Below are positions 45,653 through 58,156 of a stretch of 64,000 nt of DNA, piece after piece. The position numbers and the translations under genes were made by a program. The notes below the pieces were generated by a model. That model was not told where the DNA came from, did no database searches, and saw nothing but the letters and a program-made list of their open reading frames with translations. The stretch lies in the IMG/VR virus record IMGVR_UViG_3300042196_000418; one strand, given 5' to 3'. The stretch is from a virus. Its lineage: Duplodnaviria; Caudoviricetes. Within the stretch, counting starts at the first letter, position 1. Each line of letters starts with the position of its first letter.

Positions 45653-45856
45653 ATGAACGATCTCCTCGAAGCCTTCACGATCTTCGCGAAGTACACGCAC
45701 ACCGCGAATCCGACGTGCTGCGAGCACGACACCCTCTACGTGCTCGTCGATCCGGCACAGGTCTCCGCGGAAGATCGCGTACGCCTCGAAGCCCTCGGCT
45801 TCATGGCCAAGGAACGTGATCGCAATTTCTACTCATTTCGGTTCGGGAGCGCGTGA
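45653..45856 (+). CDS. Conserved phage hypothetical protein
   Basis: L.EAFTIF.KY...TCCEHDTLYV..DP..VS.ED..RL..LGF...FYSFRFGSA. Confidence 0.65.
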   Translation: MNDLLEAFTIFAKYTHTANPTCCEHDTLYVLVDPAQVSAEDRVRLEALGFMAKERDRNFYSFRFGSA

Positions 45857-48523
45857 TGAGCATCGACCTGAGAACCGAGAGGCCCGGCGGTACGTGGGTA
45901 AGACGCTTCGGCGACCACGAGGCAAAGGGCTTCGGCGTCTCCATAGGCAACAAATCGGCTCAAGTGACATTGACCGCACAAGGAGTCACGTTCGCGGTCG
46001 ATTCCCAGGATATCCCCACGGCATGGGACGAACCGATCGACGTCCTCAAGCTCCGCGAGGAACTGGTCGCCGCGATTATTCGCCACATGTCGCCGGATGT
46101 TCTCGAGGCACTGTTCGGCGAAATCTACTCGCAGCGCCAGCGTGCGTACTCGGAGGGAGAAAACGCCGCCAGGACCAAGATCAGGACGACGATCAGGGAG
46201 GCGCTCGGCCTATGAGGATCCTCGCCAAAGAATCCGTCATCCGGTACCACGTCGAGTTTGACGAGGAAGAGACCCTCCTGCTCAAGGGCATCGGCTTTCT
46301 GCCGCCGTACGCCGAGCCGTGCGCTCGGCTGTGGTCGACGAGTGCCGAGATCGATGAGACCCATACGATGCTGGCCCACGCGCGCGAAGAGCTAGAGGAG
46401 CGCAGCGAGGACTTCGACGCGCTCGCGCGGGCCGCGGCCAAAGCGAAGGACCAGAAGTGAACCCCATCGACGACAGCGCGCGACAGCTCGCCGAAGCCGC
46501 GATCCGAATAATCGAGATGGCCGAACACATCGGCCTGCCCGATTCGCTGGAGAAGCTCGGCGTCACCCCCATAGCACTGGGCCTGATCGCGCGTGCATAC
46601 ATCGAGCAGCGCAAACAGCTCCGCGCGCTCCACGACCTGATCGATCTCACCGATCCGAATGATCCGATCGGTGTCGCACTCACGAAAGTCGGCCTGGAGC
46701 ACAAGCTGCCCGAGCCCCAGGCGTGGACAAAGCCGCGCTTGATGCGATCGCCCGTGCAGGTAGAAATGTTGAGCAGCAAAGATCTGCTCACGCTCTACTG
46801 CCGCGTCATGCAGGTGCCGGCAGCCTCCTTCACGTACGAGACCTACGTCGTCCGGCTGTGGGACGGCATGGACGGTTGCTGGACCGACTGCACGACCGAA
46901 GTGTCCCGCGACAAAGCACTACAGCACTGGGCAGAGAAGGCCGGTGGCGGCACCCACCACGTCTCGTACAGCGAGATCGACTACTTCCTGATCTTCCCCG
47001 GCGGCACGCGCATGCAGTGGGACGGAACCGAGGGCCGGGAGATGCACCGGTGATGGACACGGTGACTAGGCCGGTGAAGCTCACCGCCAAGGAACGCCAC
47101 GCCCTCGCCGAGCTGGCCAAGCCACTCGACCAGCGCGACTACACACACGTGCATGGCCACACGATCCATGCACTCCAGCGCAAGAGGCTGTTTCGCACCA
47201 ACAGCAGGCCGGGTGGAAAAGTCACGCCGGCCGGACGAGCCGCGCTGGTAGTTCCCAACATTTTCGACGATCTGTTCCCCAAGGAGACCATCGTGCCGAA
47301 GCTCCAGAAAACGCGAGCCGCCGTGAGCGACGAGTTCCGCCCGATCGAGTTCGTCGAGACCTCGCTCCACGACCCCGTCCGCGAGCGCTGGGAGGCAGGA
47401 GCTGACACGGCCGGCGTGCGTCTTTACTGCACGTCCAGCCCACTGACGCACGGCGCAGAGAACGGCCGCTGGTCGCTCCAGATCTTCGCGCGCGTGAAGA
47501 CCAAGCGCGGAGGTGTTGGCAAGCACTTTGCCGGCAGCACCGCATCGATGGCGCGAGAAGATCTCCTCTGGCTGCGGGCGATGATCGACGGTGCGCTGCG
47601 CAAGGTCCGAAAGGTCCGCAGCCGATGAGCGTGCGCAAGACCGACGTCTTCTGGATGACGATCCTCTTCGCGATCATCATTGCAGTGGTGATCTTCGCGG
47701 CGCGCGCCACCCGCGACGAACAAGACGCCTGCGAAGAGCGTGGCGGGACCATCGTCCATGTACACAACTCGCAGCACGGTGAGTGGTTCTGTCAGGAGCC
47801 GCATCCATGATGCTTGTTTGGACACCCGAACAGCGTGCCGTGATCGCTGCGCTCGCGCGCGCGGCTAACACGGCCAGGCCACGGCCAGATCACTACCTCG
47901 CGTGTCATGTCGGAGTTCCCACCTCTACGCCGACCTACGCACCACGCGAGATCGAGCTTGCCCAAGAAGCCGCCGTGCGCGAACGCGTCCGTCGTCGGCA
48001 GCGCCTGACAAAGAAGCTCGTGCGTGCGATCGGCTGGTCGACCCGATGAAGACCCACGGTCCCCGCATGAACCGCGTGCGCACCCGCGAGGTCGTCAACA
48101 AGCTCGCGATCCCTGTCGTCACGTCCAACGGCCATGGCATCGAGATCCACCGCGTTGTGGGCCCGAAGGTCGGCGAGACGCGCACCGAGCGCTGGCGTGT
48201 CTACACGGGCGGTGGCATCGCGGGCAACTCCGACCAAGTGTGGATCTCACCCGTCACACGCGTCCATGGGCCGCCACGGGGCCCGTTCTGGAACAAGGGC
48301 CAGCTCGAGAGGGCCCTGCGCGTGTGGCGGAAAGGCAAATGACCGTGGGTGAACACCTCATGGAGGGTGCGAAGCTGCGTGCGCTGCGCAAGCGCGTTGA
48401 CGAGTGCGCGCGTCGATGCGCGGAGTGCGATCCCGACGGTACTGAGATCGAGCACGCCAATCACGAGGCACTCGTGGCGATGCTCGCGCTCGGCAAGGAA
48501 CTATGCGCCCAAGAGGATCAACC

Positions 48524-48769
48524 ATGAGCAACGGAACCAGCAAGGGCGTCACGCTTCGTACCTTCGTACTGGAGCGCGTCGAAGATGTCAGCGGCACGAG
48601 CGGAACCGGAATCGTTGCGGAAGGCGTCGAGTTCTCGAATGGACAAGTCGCGATCCACTGGATCAGTCAGCTCGAATCCGTGAACGTCTACGCGAATGTG
48701 AAGGTGCTCGATGCGCTGCACGGGCATGACGGTCGCACCACGGTGCGTTGGTTGGATGGTGCGAAGTGA
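48524..48769 (+). CDS. Conserved phage hypothetical protein
   Basis: F.L.R.EDVSGTSGTG.VAEGVEF.NG..A.HW...HGHDGRT.V.W. Confidence 0.7.
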   Translation: MSNGTSKGVTLRTFVLERVEDVSGTSGTGIVAEGVEFSNGQVAIHWISQLESVNVYANVKVLDALHGHDGRTTVRWLDGAK

Positions 48770-51700
48770 GCGATCGCCATGAGACGTGGGTCACCCGGCA
48801 TGACGTCGCCAGCTGCAACACGGCGCGACACGCCGAAAGTGGCGACTGCGGCACCCGGTACCTGACGCGCTGCTCGTGCGGCTTCGGACAGGGAGCGAGC
48901 TGCCGAGAACAGGCAGACGCGATTGCCCGAGGACATCAGGCGAAACCGACCGCGCCCTGTATCTCGTGGGAGCCTGGGCCGCCACTCACTGCCACTACGA
49001 TCACGGATCAAGAACTGCGCGACCTGTTCGCGCGGCACTGCGAATGTCGACCGCTCGATCTGGAGCGCTGCGATGGAGACCACGCTGCGATCCACGACTG
49101 CGACACGGGAATCCTCACCGACGTCCAGATCGCCCTCGGGATCGTGCGGTTCGACGACATCGGCCGCGTGCAGACGATCCGCGAGGCACGCGGTCGCTGT
49201 GCCGAGATCATCAACACTGCACGGGTGCGCAAGTGACATCCCGCCAGCGCGCTCAGGCCCACGCGAAACGTTCTCACTTCTGCTCGTGCGGCTACATCAT
49301 CCACGGCAACGGGGCGAAGTGGGCGCATTCAAACAAGCACCAGAACGCGCAGGACGGCCACGGCTGGTGGACAACGACGCAGTGGGAAGCACACGGCCGC
49401 CCATTCCTCAACCATCCCGATCCCGCACTGCAACGGCCGATCCTCGGAAAAGAGCCATGACCAAGACCACCACGAAAAGTTCAACGCCCCAGGATCGCCT
49501 CACGCGTATTTGTAACGCCATGATCGCCACGTTCAATCAGCACGGCGAGAAGCGTGACGTTGATCGTGCGATCGTGTTTCTCGTCGACGAAGTTAAGGGC
49601 GGCATCGGCATCGCTGGCTACGAAGATGACAACGACGCCCTCGCGGATCTGCTCGTCCACCTGCGTGCGATCTTCCACGCACGCGGCCAAGATCTTCACT
49701 TCGTGCCCGTCGGCACCACGCCGTCCAAGGACCGCGCGTGAACCAGGGTGGCCGCACATGGAAGCTATGGGCCCACCGCTACGAGAGCGGAAAGCTCCAT
49801 CGGGGCGGAGAGCCCTAATGCCGAGCTACAAGCTCAACAAGAACCAGCGTGCCGCGCTCGACCTCGCGGTGCTTGCTGCCATCGTCGGCGGGCATCAGAC
49901 CGTCGATAAGATCGCTGAGGCCGTCTTCGACAGGCTCACCAAAGCGTCTGAACGCGACCTACGCACCATCGTGCGCCACGGTGACTGGTTGTCGCACTTC
50001 TTGCCCACGTCACTTCAACGTCTCCGCCTCGCGAAGACGATCTGTTGGTCCAACAAAAGGTGGACACGCTCGCGGGATATTCTATGAAGCACCACAAACA
50101 CCAGACCCCCGCGCAACGCATCACCAACCCCGTGTGGCTCCGTGCGCAAATCAGCGAGCTCATCGAAGACTGCGACGAGAACATCGCGGAAGATGAAGAG
50201 CTGGCTGCCAAGGAACGTGATGACACCCGGCGTGCACGGTACGAGGCCGCAATCGACTGTAACCGGCACTGGAAGAAGCAGCTCACGCGGATCCTCGCCG
50301 GCAAAGACGGCGACGAAGATCTCGCCGACACCCTGCGTGCCATGGAGTCACAATCGTGAATGATCCCGTCGCCATGAACATCGAACGGCTTCCCATTGCC
50401 TATCAGCCCCCGTTCGACTGCGTGAACGACAACGCGACGTGTCCAGTCTGTACGCATCGCCGTGGCAACCACGGCGTATGCGGAAGCCGCGCGATCTACG
50501 CGGTGCGCGCCGAGCACGAAGGGCTCCGCTACGCGGTCACGCTAGAGATGCTCGGTGACGACTATCTGCCGATCACGCGGCAGTGGTGGCAGACGCGGGG
50601 CCTCGTTGTCGAACTGCAAGGTCATCGCCCCACCGCGCTCGTGATCCACCACGAGAGTCCGCACGGAATCATCGGCGAGTGCACGATCCTGGGTGAAGGA
50701 CGGCGCTGCCAGCCCGACACTGGCTTTCTCTCCGCGGACGTGCTGTTCAACGCGCACGGAAGCCGCGACGCCTCGATCGACGTGCGCGAACAGCCCAAGA
50801 CACTCTGGACCGCACTCGAGCGTTGCCTCGTCGATGCGATCTTCGGTTCCACAGGAGGAACCTCGTGAAGATCCTGCTCGTCATCACCCGATCCGATGGG
50901 ACCGAGTCCAGGGCCGAGGGCGTCGCGGCCCAGGGCGATCAGCTCACCGAGCCGATGGTTCACGCGGCAGAAGATCTGCTTCACACGCTCACGACCGGTG
51001 AGCGCCCGATCGTCAAGAACTTCTACGAGCTGTGCGCGAAGGCGTTCGGCACGACGCGCGACGACGCCAAGGAGCGCGTCATCGCCGCAGCATACGGCAT
51101 GTCCGCACCCCGGATCGAAGCTAGATCCGCGAGCCGCGGCAGCATGCTCGGCCGCCTCGCCGCCACTCGCCGCGAGCGCAACCTAGCGCATGCCGACGTT
51201 GCTTCCTGGGTAGCGGAACAAGCCCAGCTCGGAGAACGGCGCGAAAACTTCCAAGCCCCAGGCTGGGACCGCTTCACGCGTGCGGAGATCGCATACGGCT
51301 ACGCGATCAGAAGCTTGGAAGCCTGGCTCGACGCCCAAGAGGCTACTCCGTGAGCCTCACCGCCGCACACCGTGCACTGCTCTGCCTCTACCAGGACGGC
51401 AATCGCTCCGGTGTGTCTTGCTTCGAGGTCGGTCATGCCGCGTGGCCCGATCGCGTGCTCCGCAGCGGACAGGGCGTGTCGGTCAACGGCGGTGGCGACT
51501 ACGCCGCGCAGATGCTGCTGGGGCGCCTCAAGAAGGAAGGGCTCGTCGAGCACGCACCAAGCGAGGGCTCGTCCCGTTGGCGCCTGAGCACGAAGGGACT
51601 CCACAAGGCCCGACAGTTGCGTGAGGAGTCACCTGTGACAAACCCGTCGTCACGAACACCTGTGACGGGCCCGCTACCCTGCGTCTGTGGCTGCTCCATC

Positions 51701-51795
51701 GAGGAGCACGGCCATGACGACGAGCACCCAGGATCAACGAGCTGCACCGCGTGCGACGACTGCATCGCCTACGAGGCGGATCCGGGAGAATCCGC

Positions 51796-52563
51796 ATGAG
51801 CAAGCGTCCCGGCAAAAAGATCGGCACGCTCGAGGTCAAGCTCGATCGTCAGAAGACACGCTCCGAGTGGGCATCTGTCAAGGTCGAGCTGCGCTTCGAG
51901 ATCACCCACGGCACCTTCCACGCCCAATACGAAGGTGACTGGTACTCGGCCAAGACCAAGGACGCGCTCTCTGAGCAGATCAAGACCGCCGCGACCAAGG
52001 CGCTATCGATCGAGTGGAAGCGCTACATCCAGATCGACTACGAGGCGAGAGGCTGGCCGATCGAGGACGAGAAGAGCGGGAGGCCGGCGACGTCCGGCCA
52101 ATACCACACCTACGAGCTCGACGACGATCGTACGAAGTTCGACGCAACGACGGCTCGTGCGAATGACAAGCACGCGATCTGCGCGATCGAGCTGCACTGG
52201 GCGCTTTGCGAAATCTCCGAGCCCTATGCGCTGCCCGAAGCGCCCAGCAAGCGCGTACGCGCCCAGCGCAGAGTCAGCATCCATAAATGGGGACCCGACA
52301 TGGGTAAGGAACAGATCTGTGAGACCCAGGAGTGGGAGAACGACGTCCTGCCACGGGGGATTCTGCCCTGGACGCCCGAGCGCGAAGCGGTGCTCGCGGA
52401 CATCGTCGCCGCACTCGGCAAGCTCGATGCGCGTCTGCTCGAGCTGTTCACCGGTGACGTCGAGGTCCTCGCGGGCAAGATCGATGCTGCGGCCCAGACC
52501 GATCCAAGTCGCTTGCTCACTGCACCAGCTGAAACCGCGCCAACGAAACGGAAGCGCGCATGA
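51796..52563 (+). CDS. Hypothetical protein (255 aa)
   Basis: ATG overlaps the upstream stop. Protein-like composition. Confidence 0.75.
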   Translation: MSKRPGKKIGTLEVKLDRQKTRSEWASVKVELRFEITHGTFHAQYEGDWYSAKTKDALSEQIKTAATKALSIEWKRYIQIDYEARGWPIEDEKSGRPATSGQYHTYELDDDRTKFDATTARANDKHAICAIELHWALCEISEPYALPEAPSKRVRAQRRVSIHKWGPDMGKEQICETQEWENDVLPRGILPWTPEREAVLADIVAALGKLDARLLELFTGDVEVLAGKIDAAAQTDPSRLLTAPAETAPTKRKRA

Positions 52564-54432
52564 AGAAGATCAAAAAGCACGAAGTTACGCTGATCTTCCT
52601 GCTTGACGAAGAGGTCACTCCTCTACTGTTCGCGCAGAAGGTTGCTCGCGCTTGCAGCAGCGGCACATTACGCCCAGGAGAGGCGGTTATGACCAAAGGA
52701 GCGAAGAGCGCTTTCGTGATCGGCGAAAAGGTGCCGTTCGCTCCGTGGTTGGGTACGCCCAAGGAATTGAAGACGGCAAGATCCCCAAAGCGGAGGCGCG
52801 CGTGACAGACAAGCCCAACAAGCCAGATCCTCGCGAACGCTTTGCAGAGCTGCTCGGCACCAACTCGAAAAACTTTCTCGGCACGGGACTCACGATGAAT
52901 GAGTTCATGCAACTCCACCGCGCCGAGCAGCTAACCGCCTCCTGGGCTCTCCAGTCGCCCGAGGAGAAGAAACGCCGCCTCCATGCGGTCCTTCGGCTAT
53001 CGCAGGAACTAGGGCGTATCAAAGAAACCACGTTGTTCTCAACACGCCTGGCAGAGATGGCGATCGAAGCCGTGATCGAAGGCGACTGGAAGATGGTCGA
53101 AGGGTTGGCAGGTCACTTCACGTTCAGCACGGAGGGCGAAGAAACAATGCAGATCTATGCCCCCGTCTTCGCCGCCTTTCGTGAACTGCTGCTCCAGGTG
53201 CTGCGCATGGACAAGGAGCTGCCAGCATGAGGACCCTCGACGTTCACTGCAAACTTGACGACGGCTTTGCCCTGTGCGGCGGAAACTACGTGCCGCGCGT
53301 GGCGTATGACCACTTCATCAACCTGGGTGAGGTTCTCTCCAACGCGTCACCCCAACAACTCTCCTCACAACGCTGGCCCATCCAACGGTGCGCCGCGTGT
53401 GTCGCGATGATCGCCCCAACGTCCGACGAAAGGTCCACGTGACCGACGATCCGACCCAGCACAAAATCGACCTCAAGCTCGCATCCGGGGCACAGCTCAC
53501 GCTGCTGTACTTCTCGGATCGAGAGTTGCGCTGGATCTTCGCCTACGACTACATCGGCGAGAAGGATCCCGGCACCGCTCCAGAGGTCGTCAACAAGGTT
53601 CGTCTTGTCGCTGACTACGACGCGGGCTTCCTGACCTCCACGCTCGTGCTGTCAATGAACGTCATCATTCCAGCGCGCCTCGGTCAGCAGTTCTTCGCCG
53701 GCATGGACATCTCTCCGGGTGCCAAGACGTACTTGGAGTTCACCTACGAGCGACGTGTCGGCGAGCTGCTACGTGAGGAAGGGGCCAATCACGATCGCAG
53801 CGGCGACGAGTTTCGTCTGATCGAGATCTGCAAAGGCGCGCGGGATCGCGTGCGCCTGACCGGTCTTGAGCCCGCAATCGTGCGACCGATCGAGTTCCCC
53901 TTCCCCATCCCTGATCGCATCTCAGTCGACTTCGGGACGCTCCGTGTTCCCTTCCGCACGAACCAGGGCAACGTCGCCCACTTCGATCTGCCTACGAGGA
54001 CACTCCGATGACACTCAGCCCAGAGATGCGGCTGAAGCTCGCTAAGCGCCTTGCCGCACGCGGCGCACCTGTGCCAGTAAGCCTCGTAGGTCCCGACCTC
54101 CCCTGCGAAACCGTGGAGGACGCCGAGCGGCTCGTCGCCCGTTTCGGTTTCGAACTCTGGCTCCGCGCCTTCGCCGAACTGTCAGCTGACGCCAGCACGA
54201 ACGACAACTTCGCCGATCTGGCCGACGACGCGAACGAGGACGACCGCGCCTCGCTCATCAGGCTCTACAAAATCTTCGACAAATTCGTCGTCGATCTCAA
54301 GACGGCGATCCGCACCACGCGTGAAGACGGCGTGCCGTGGGGACAGACACGCGACATGGCCGCCGAGCACCGCGCGTGCATCACCGCGGCACGGATCATC
54401 ACCGAGGCCCACCACATGAAGAAAGACCCGCC

Positions 54433-54798
54433 GTGAAAGATCCGCAACCCATGCAGCCCGTCATCAAGGACGAGGAGGGCATCTTGCGGTTCCGCGGGAA
54501 CGCGATCGTCTGCTACCTGCGCGACCTCGCCAAGAAACACAAGCTCGCCGACCTGAACAGCCTCGCGGAGCTGCCCTTCTCGCAGGAAGATCGCGAGCAG
54601 TTCGCACAGCTCATCGGGTACTCGATCGGTGGCTACCACGAGCTGCCGTACGTGTCGGACGAAAGTGCAGCCCAGGCAAGCGCCCTCGCGCACGCTGTCG
54701 ATCCAAACGAGATCAAAGGCTGCCGCGATGCCGGATGCCCGGTGCACGGCAAGGCACAGCGCCCCCTTGCTCAACGCCGAGGAAGGAAGCCCCTGTGA
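54433..54798 (+). CDS. PMQPV-domain phage protein (paralog 2)
   Basis: PQPMQPVIKDEEGILRFRGNAIV...FSQEDREQFAQLIGYSIGGYHELPYVSDESA...GCRDAGCPVHG. Confidence 0.8.
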   Translation: MKDPQPMQPVIKDEEGILRFRGNAIVCYLRDLAKKHKLADLNSLAELPFSQEDREQFAQLIGYSIGGYHELPYVSDESAAQASALAHAVDPNEIKGCRDAGCPVHGKAQRPLAQRRGRKPL

Positions 54799-56110
54799 CC
54801 GAGGACCACGCTCGAGTCATCCACCGGATCATCGTTGGACTCGGCGGCGGAGGCTTCCAGGCGATCTGCGTCTGCGGCTGGAGTTCCGCAAGGAGCTGGG
54901 TTCGTGCCGAGGTCACCAAGGCCGGAAGTGTCCATAGACGGAAAGCACTACTGAGGAGTATCCCGTGAGGACCATCAAGAAGATCAAGGCCGGCGACATG
55001 CGCGTGTACCCGTTCAACCACGCCTTCAGCTACCAGGAAAAGAGAGTGTTTGCTCTCATCGAGAAGCTCAAGGCCACGATGGCCGAGCTGACAACCGAGC
55101 TGGCGAGAACGCGTGTGAACGCCTCCGCGCCACCCGAGAACTACGACCCGAAGTCGATTGAAGCGGTCGACGAGATCGATCGCCAGCTCGACAGCCTCGA
55201 TCTCCAACTGCGCTGGGTCCCCGGAGGCGCGTATAGGTATGAATAGCAAGGCGCGCGCGCTCACCAACACGGTAATGCTCGGTGCTGGCGGAGGCCCGTT
55301 GTTCAACGACGCTGGAGAACTCTCGTGAAGATCATCAAAGATCCGAAGAGTGCCTGGACGATCCAGATCTCGTGCCGCCAGTGCTCGGCCCTCCTGGAAA
55401 TTGTCGATACGGACGTCTACATGGCCGAGTTGGGCAGCGGCATGGACGATTTCAACAGCGCAAACTGCTACGTCGTCGACTGCGCTGTCTGCAAGCACTT
55501 CATCGAGCTGGATCCCGCGAAGCTGCCGGAATGGGTGAGACGCGAGCGCAAAGACGCAAGGAGATCCAGCCCATGACCACTACGCGCCACCACTGCCCCG
55601 CGTGCGGCGGTCTCATCTCCGAGCCGATCGACGCACCCTTGCATTGCAAACATTGCGACTGGCACCTCATCACGCTGAAGGAGTGGCGAGAGCTGACGCC
55701 GTTGCAACAGGGATATGCCCACTACATGCAGTCTAGCTGGCCAACGAGCGAGCTCGCGAAGGTCAAGAATCCGTACGCGAAGGGAACCCGCCAGTGGAAG
55801 GAATTCTGCGACGGGGAACAAAGAGCCACGCGCAGCGTGATGGACGGTGAAGAATGAAGAAGCACGCGCCACGCGGACGCTTCGCGAAGAAGCACCCGAC
55901 GCTGGAGAACAAGGGCGTTCAGCGGATGCACCCACGGATCATCAACGTCAGCTTCGATGTCACCCAAGAAGTCGCTGCGGCCCTGCGAACGCTCCGCGAC
56001 ACGGGGCTGTTCGGCAACGGAATTGACTGCGCGTCGGTCGCAGAGGAACTGCTGCGTCGCTCGCTGCTCGAACCACAGATCGTTCCCTACTGGAGACGAG
56101 GGACAAGACC

Positions 56111-56677
56111 ATGAAGACGACCAGCAAGGACACTCCGCTGAAAAATCCACAACCCATGCAGCCGGTGATCAAGGACGAGGGTGGCACGCTACGCTTCCGC
56201 GAGAACGCGGTTATCCGGTACATCGTCGACCATGCCGGCGACGTCGTTCACCCGGGGGCGCCCGCGATCGATCCCGGCACGGGACGACCCTACCACCAGG
56301 GCCGGCTCGACCTCGGCAAGCTCATGACGCTGGACTTTCCACAGGAAGACCGCGAGCAATTCGCCCAGCTCATGGGCTACGCGCTCACGGGCTATCACGA
56401 GCTGTCGTACGTGTCCGACGAGAGCGCGGCGCAGGCGAATGCACTGGCTCACGCGGTCGAGACGACGGCTGTCCAGTGCACGGCGGAAAGAAGCTTGCAT
56501 CCCTCAGACTTGAACCCGATCGAGCTTGCGGTGTGGGGAGCAGAATACGTTCGTGTGCGAGCGGACCGTAGTGCAGGTTCGTTCCCGGTACTACGCGCGG
56601 ACGACATTGCCGCGGCCGTCGAAGAAGCAAATCGCGCTGTCGGCGACATACGACGCCTGAGGTGGTCGTGCTCATGA
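56111..56677 (+). CDS. PMQPV-domain phage protein (paralog 3)
   Basis: PQPMQPVIKDEGGTLRFRENAVI...FPQEDREQFAQLMGY..GYHELSYVSDESA. Confidence 0.8.
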   Translation: MKTTSKDTPLKNPQPMQPVIKDEGGTLRFRENAVIRYIVDHAGDVVHPGAPAIDPGTGRPYHQGRLDLGKLMTLDFPQEDREQFAQLMGYALTGYHELSYVSDESAAQANALAHAVETTAVQCTAERSLHPSDLNPIELAVWGAEYVRVRADRSAGSFPVLRADDIAAAVEEANRAVGDIRRLRWSCS

Positions 56678-57136
56678 CGAAGCACAACCGGGTGAAGGCA
56701 CCCACGCCCTACGATCGTCAACAGCAGGCCCTGCACGCACTCAACTGCGCGATCGGCTGCATGGTCGCGTGGCCGCCGAGCGAGGAGCACCTGGGCGCCG
56801 CCGTCTTCTTCACGGCGCTGGCGCTTCACCGGATGGTCCAGGCGGATCCGAGTGGCTCCGCTACCGTGTTTGCCGAGAAACACCTGGAACAAGCACGCCT
56901 GACAAAGACGGGCGTGATCCACGTCCCTACGAAGGAGGTCCCATGATCTACGGAGAGCATCTGTGCGCAGACGAGCAAGCGATCAATTGCACGTGCGGCG
57001 TGACCGCCACCGTAGAGGTCATCGACCAAAGCGGCAGCTCGTGCGGTTGGTACTGCCGGCGCTGCGCGTTGGATAAACGCGACGAGCTGAAGAGTTACGA
57101 GAAGCTCGCCAAGGCGATCGTACGAAAGGACCGGCT

Positions 57137-58156
57137 GTGAGTCGCGATCTCAAGCGTGTTCCTTTAACGTTCGCCTGGCCGTTGCACGAAATCTGGGGAG
57201 GCTTCGTCAACCCGTACTACCAGCTGGCCGGCAGATGCCCTGACTGCAAGAACGGTTACGATCGCGCGAAGGGTCGCCCAGACGCCAACGCGGTCCTCTT
57301 CCACGATCAGTGGTACGGCAACGCGCCGTTCGATCCGGTCGCGTACGGTGCCGAGCCGCTATCGCCGTTCGCACCTGCGATCTGGCGCCTCGCCAGCAGG
57401 AACGTGGACGCCGCACCCGACTTCTACATGATGAACGCAGAGCGGATCGCTCGCGAGGAGTTCAAGCACAAAGCGTTGACGGGTACCTTCCATGACGACG
57501 ATCCGCTCCTCGTCCCGTTCCCGGCGTTCGACAAAGAGTATGCAATCAACAGCGAGGCACGGAGGCTCTACGAGCTCTGGCGTTTTCAGTGGAACCATCA
57601 CCTGATCCAGGCCGACGTCGATGCACTCGTCACGGCAGATCGACTGTGGGACCTGACCCGTCGTCCACGCAACGAAGAGCAGCTCGATCAGCTGAAAGCG
57701 CAGGCCGCTGCCGGCGGATCGAGCTGCTGGCTCGACGCGCCGAACGGTCATCACCCAACAGCCGCCGAGGTGAATGCGTGGTCGCTCGAGGGCTTCGGTC
57801 ACGACGGCCTCAACAATAGCGTCTGCGTCAGAGCACGCTGCACCCGTGAGGCTGTCCCGTACATGTGCTGCCGCTGCCAAGGATCCGGAAAAATCTGGCC
57901 AACGCCCGAGATCGAACGGCAGTACGAAGACTGGCAACCCACGCCTCCGCCAACCGGCGACGGGTATCAGCTCTGGGAGGACTGCTCCGAAGGTTCGCCG
58001 GTCTCTCCTGTATTCGCCTCGCTCGACGAGCTGTGCGAATGGTCCGCCGAGCACGCCACGACGTTCGGTCCTCACAAGGCGACAGCCGAGGAGTGGAAAG
58101 AGATGCTCGACGGCGGCGTCGTACACGCCAAGGTCGGGAACGATATCTTCCTATGA
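57137..58156 (+). CDS. Conserved phage protein with split CxxCxG zinc finger
   Basis: MSRDLKRVPLTFAWP...CPDCKNG...CCRCQGSG...PPTGDGYQLWE..SEGSP.SPVF. Confidence 0.75.
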   Translation: MSRDLKRVPLTFAWPLHEIWGGFVNPYYQLAGRCPDCKNGYDRAKGRPDANAVLFHDQWYGNAPFDPVAYGAEPLSPFAPAIWRLASRNVDAAPDFYMMNAERIAREEFKHKALTGTFHDDDPLLVPFPAFDKEYAINSEARRLYELWRFQWNHHLIQADVDALVTADRLWDLTRRPRNEEQLDQLKAQAAAGGSSCWLDAPNGHHPTAAEVNAWSLEGFGHDGLNNSVCVRARCTREAVPYMCCRCQGSGKIWPTPEIERQYEDWQPTPPPTGDGYQLWEDCSEGSPVSPVFASLDELCEWSAEHATTFGPHKATAEEWKEMLDGGVVHAKVGNDIFL

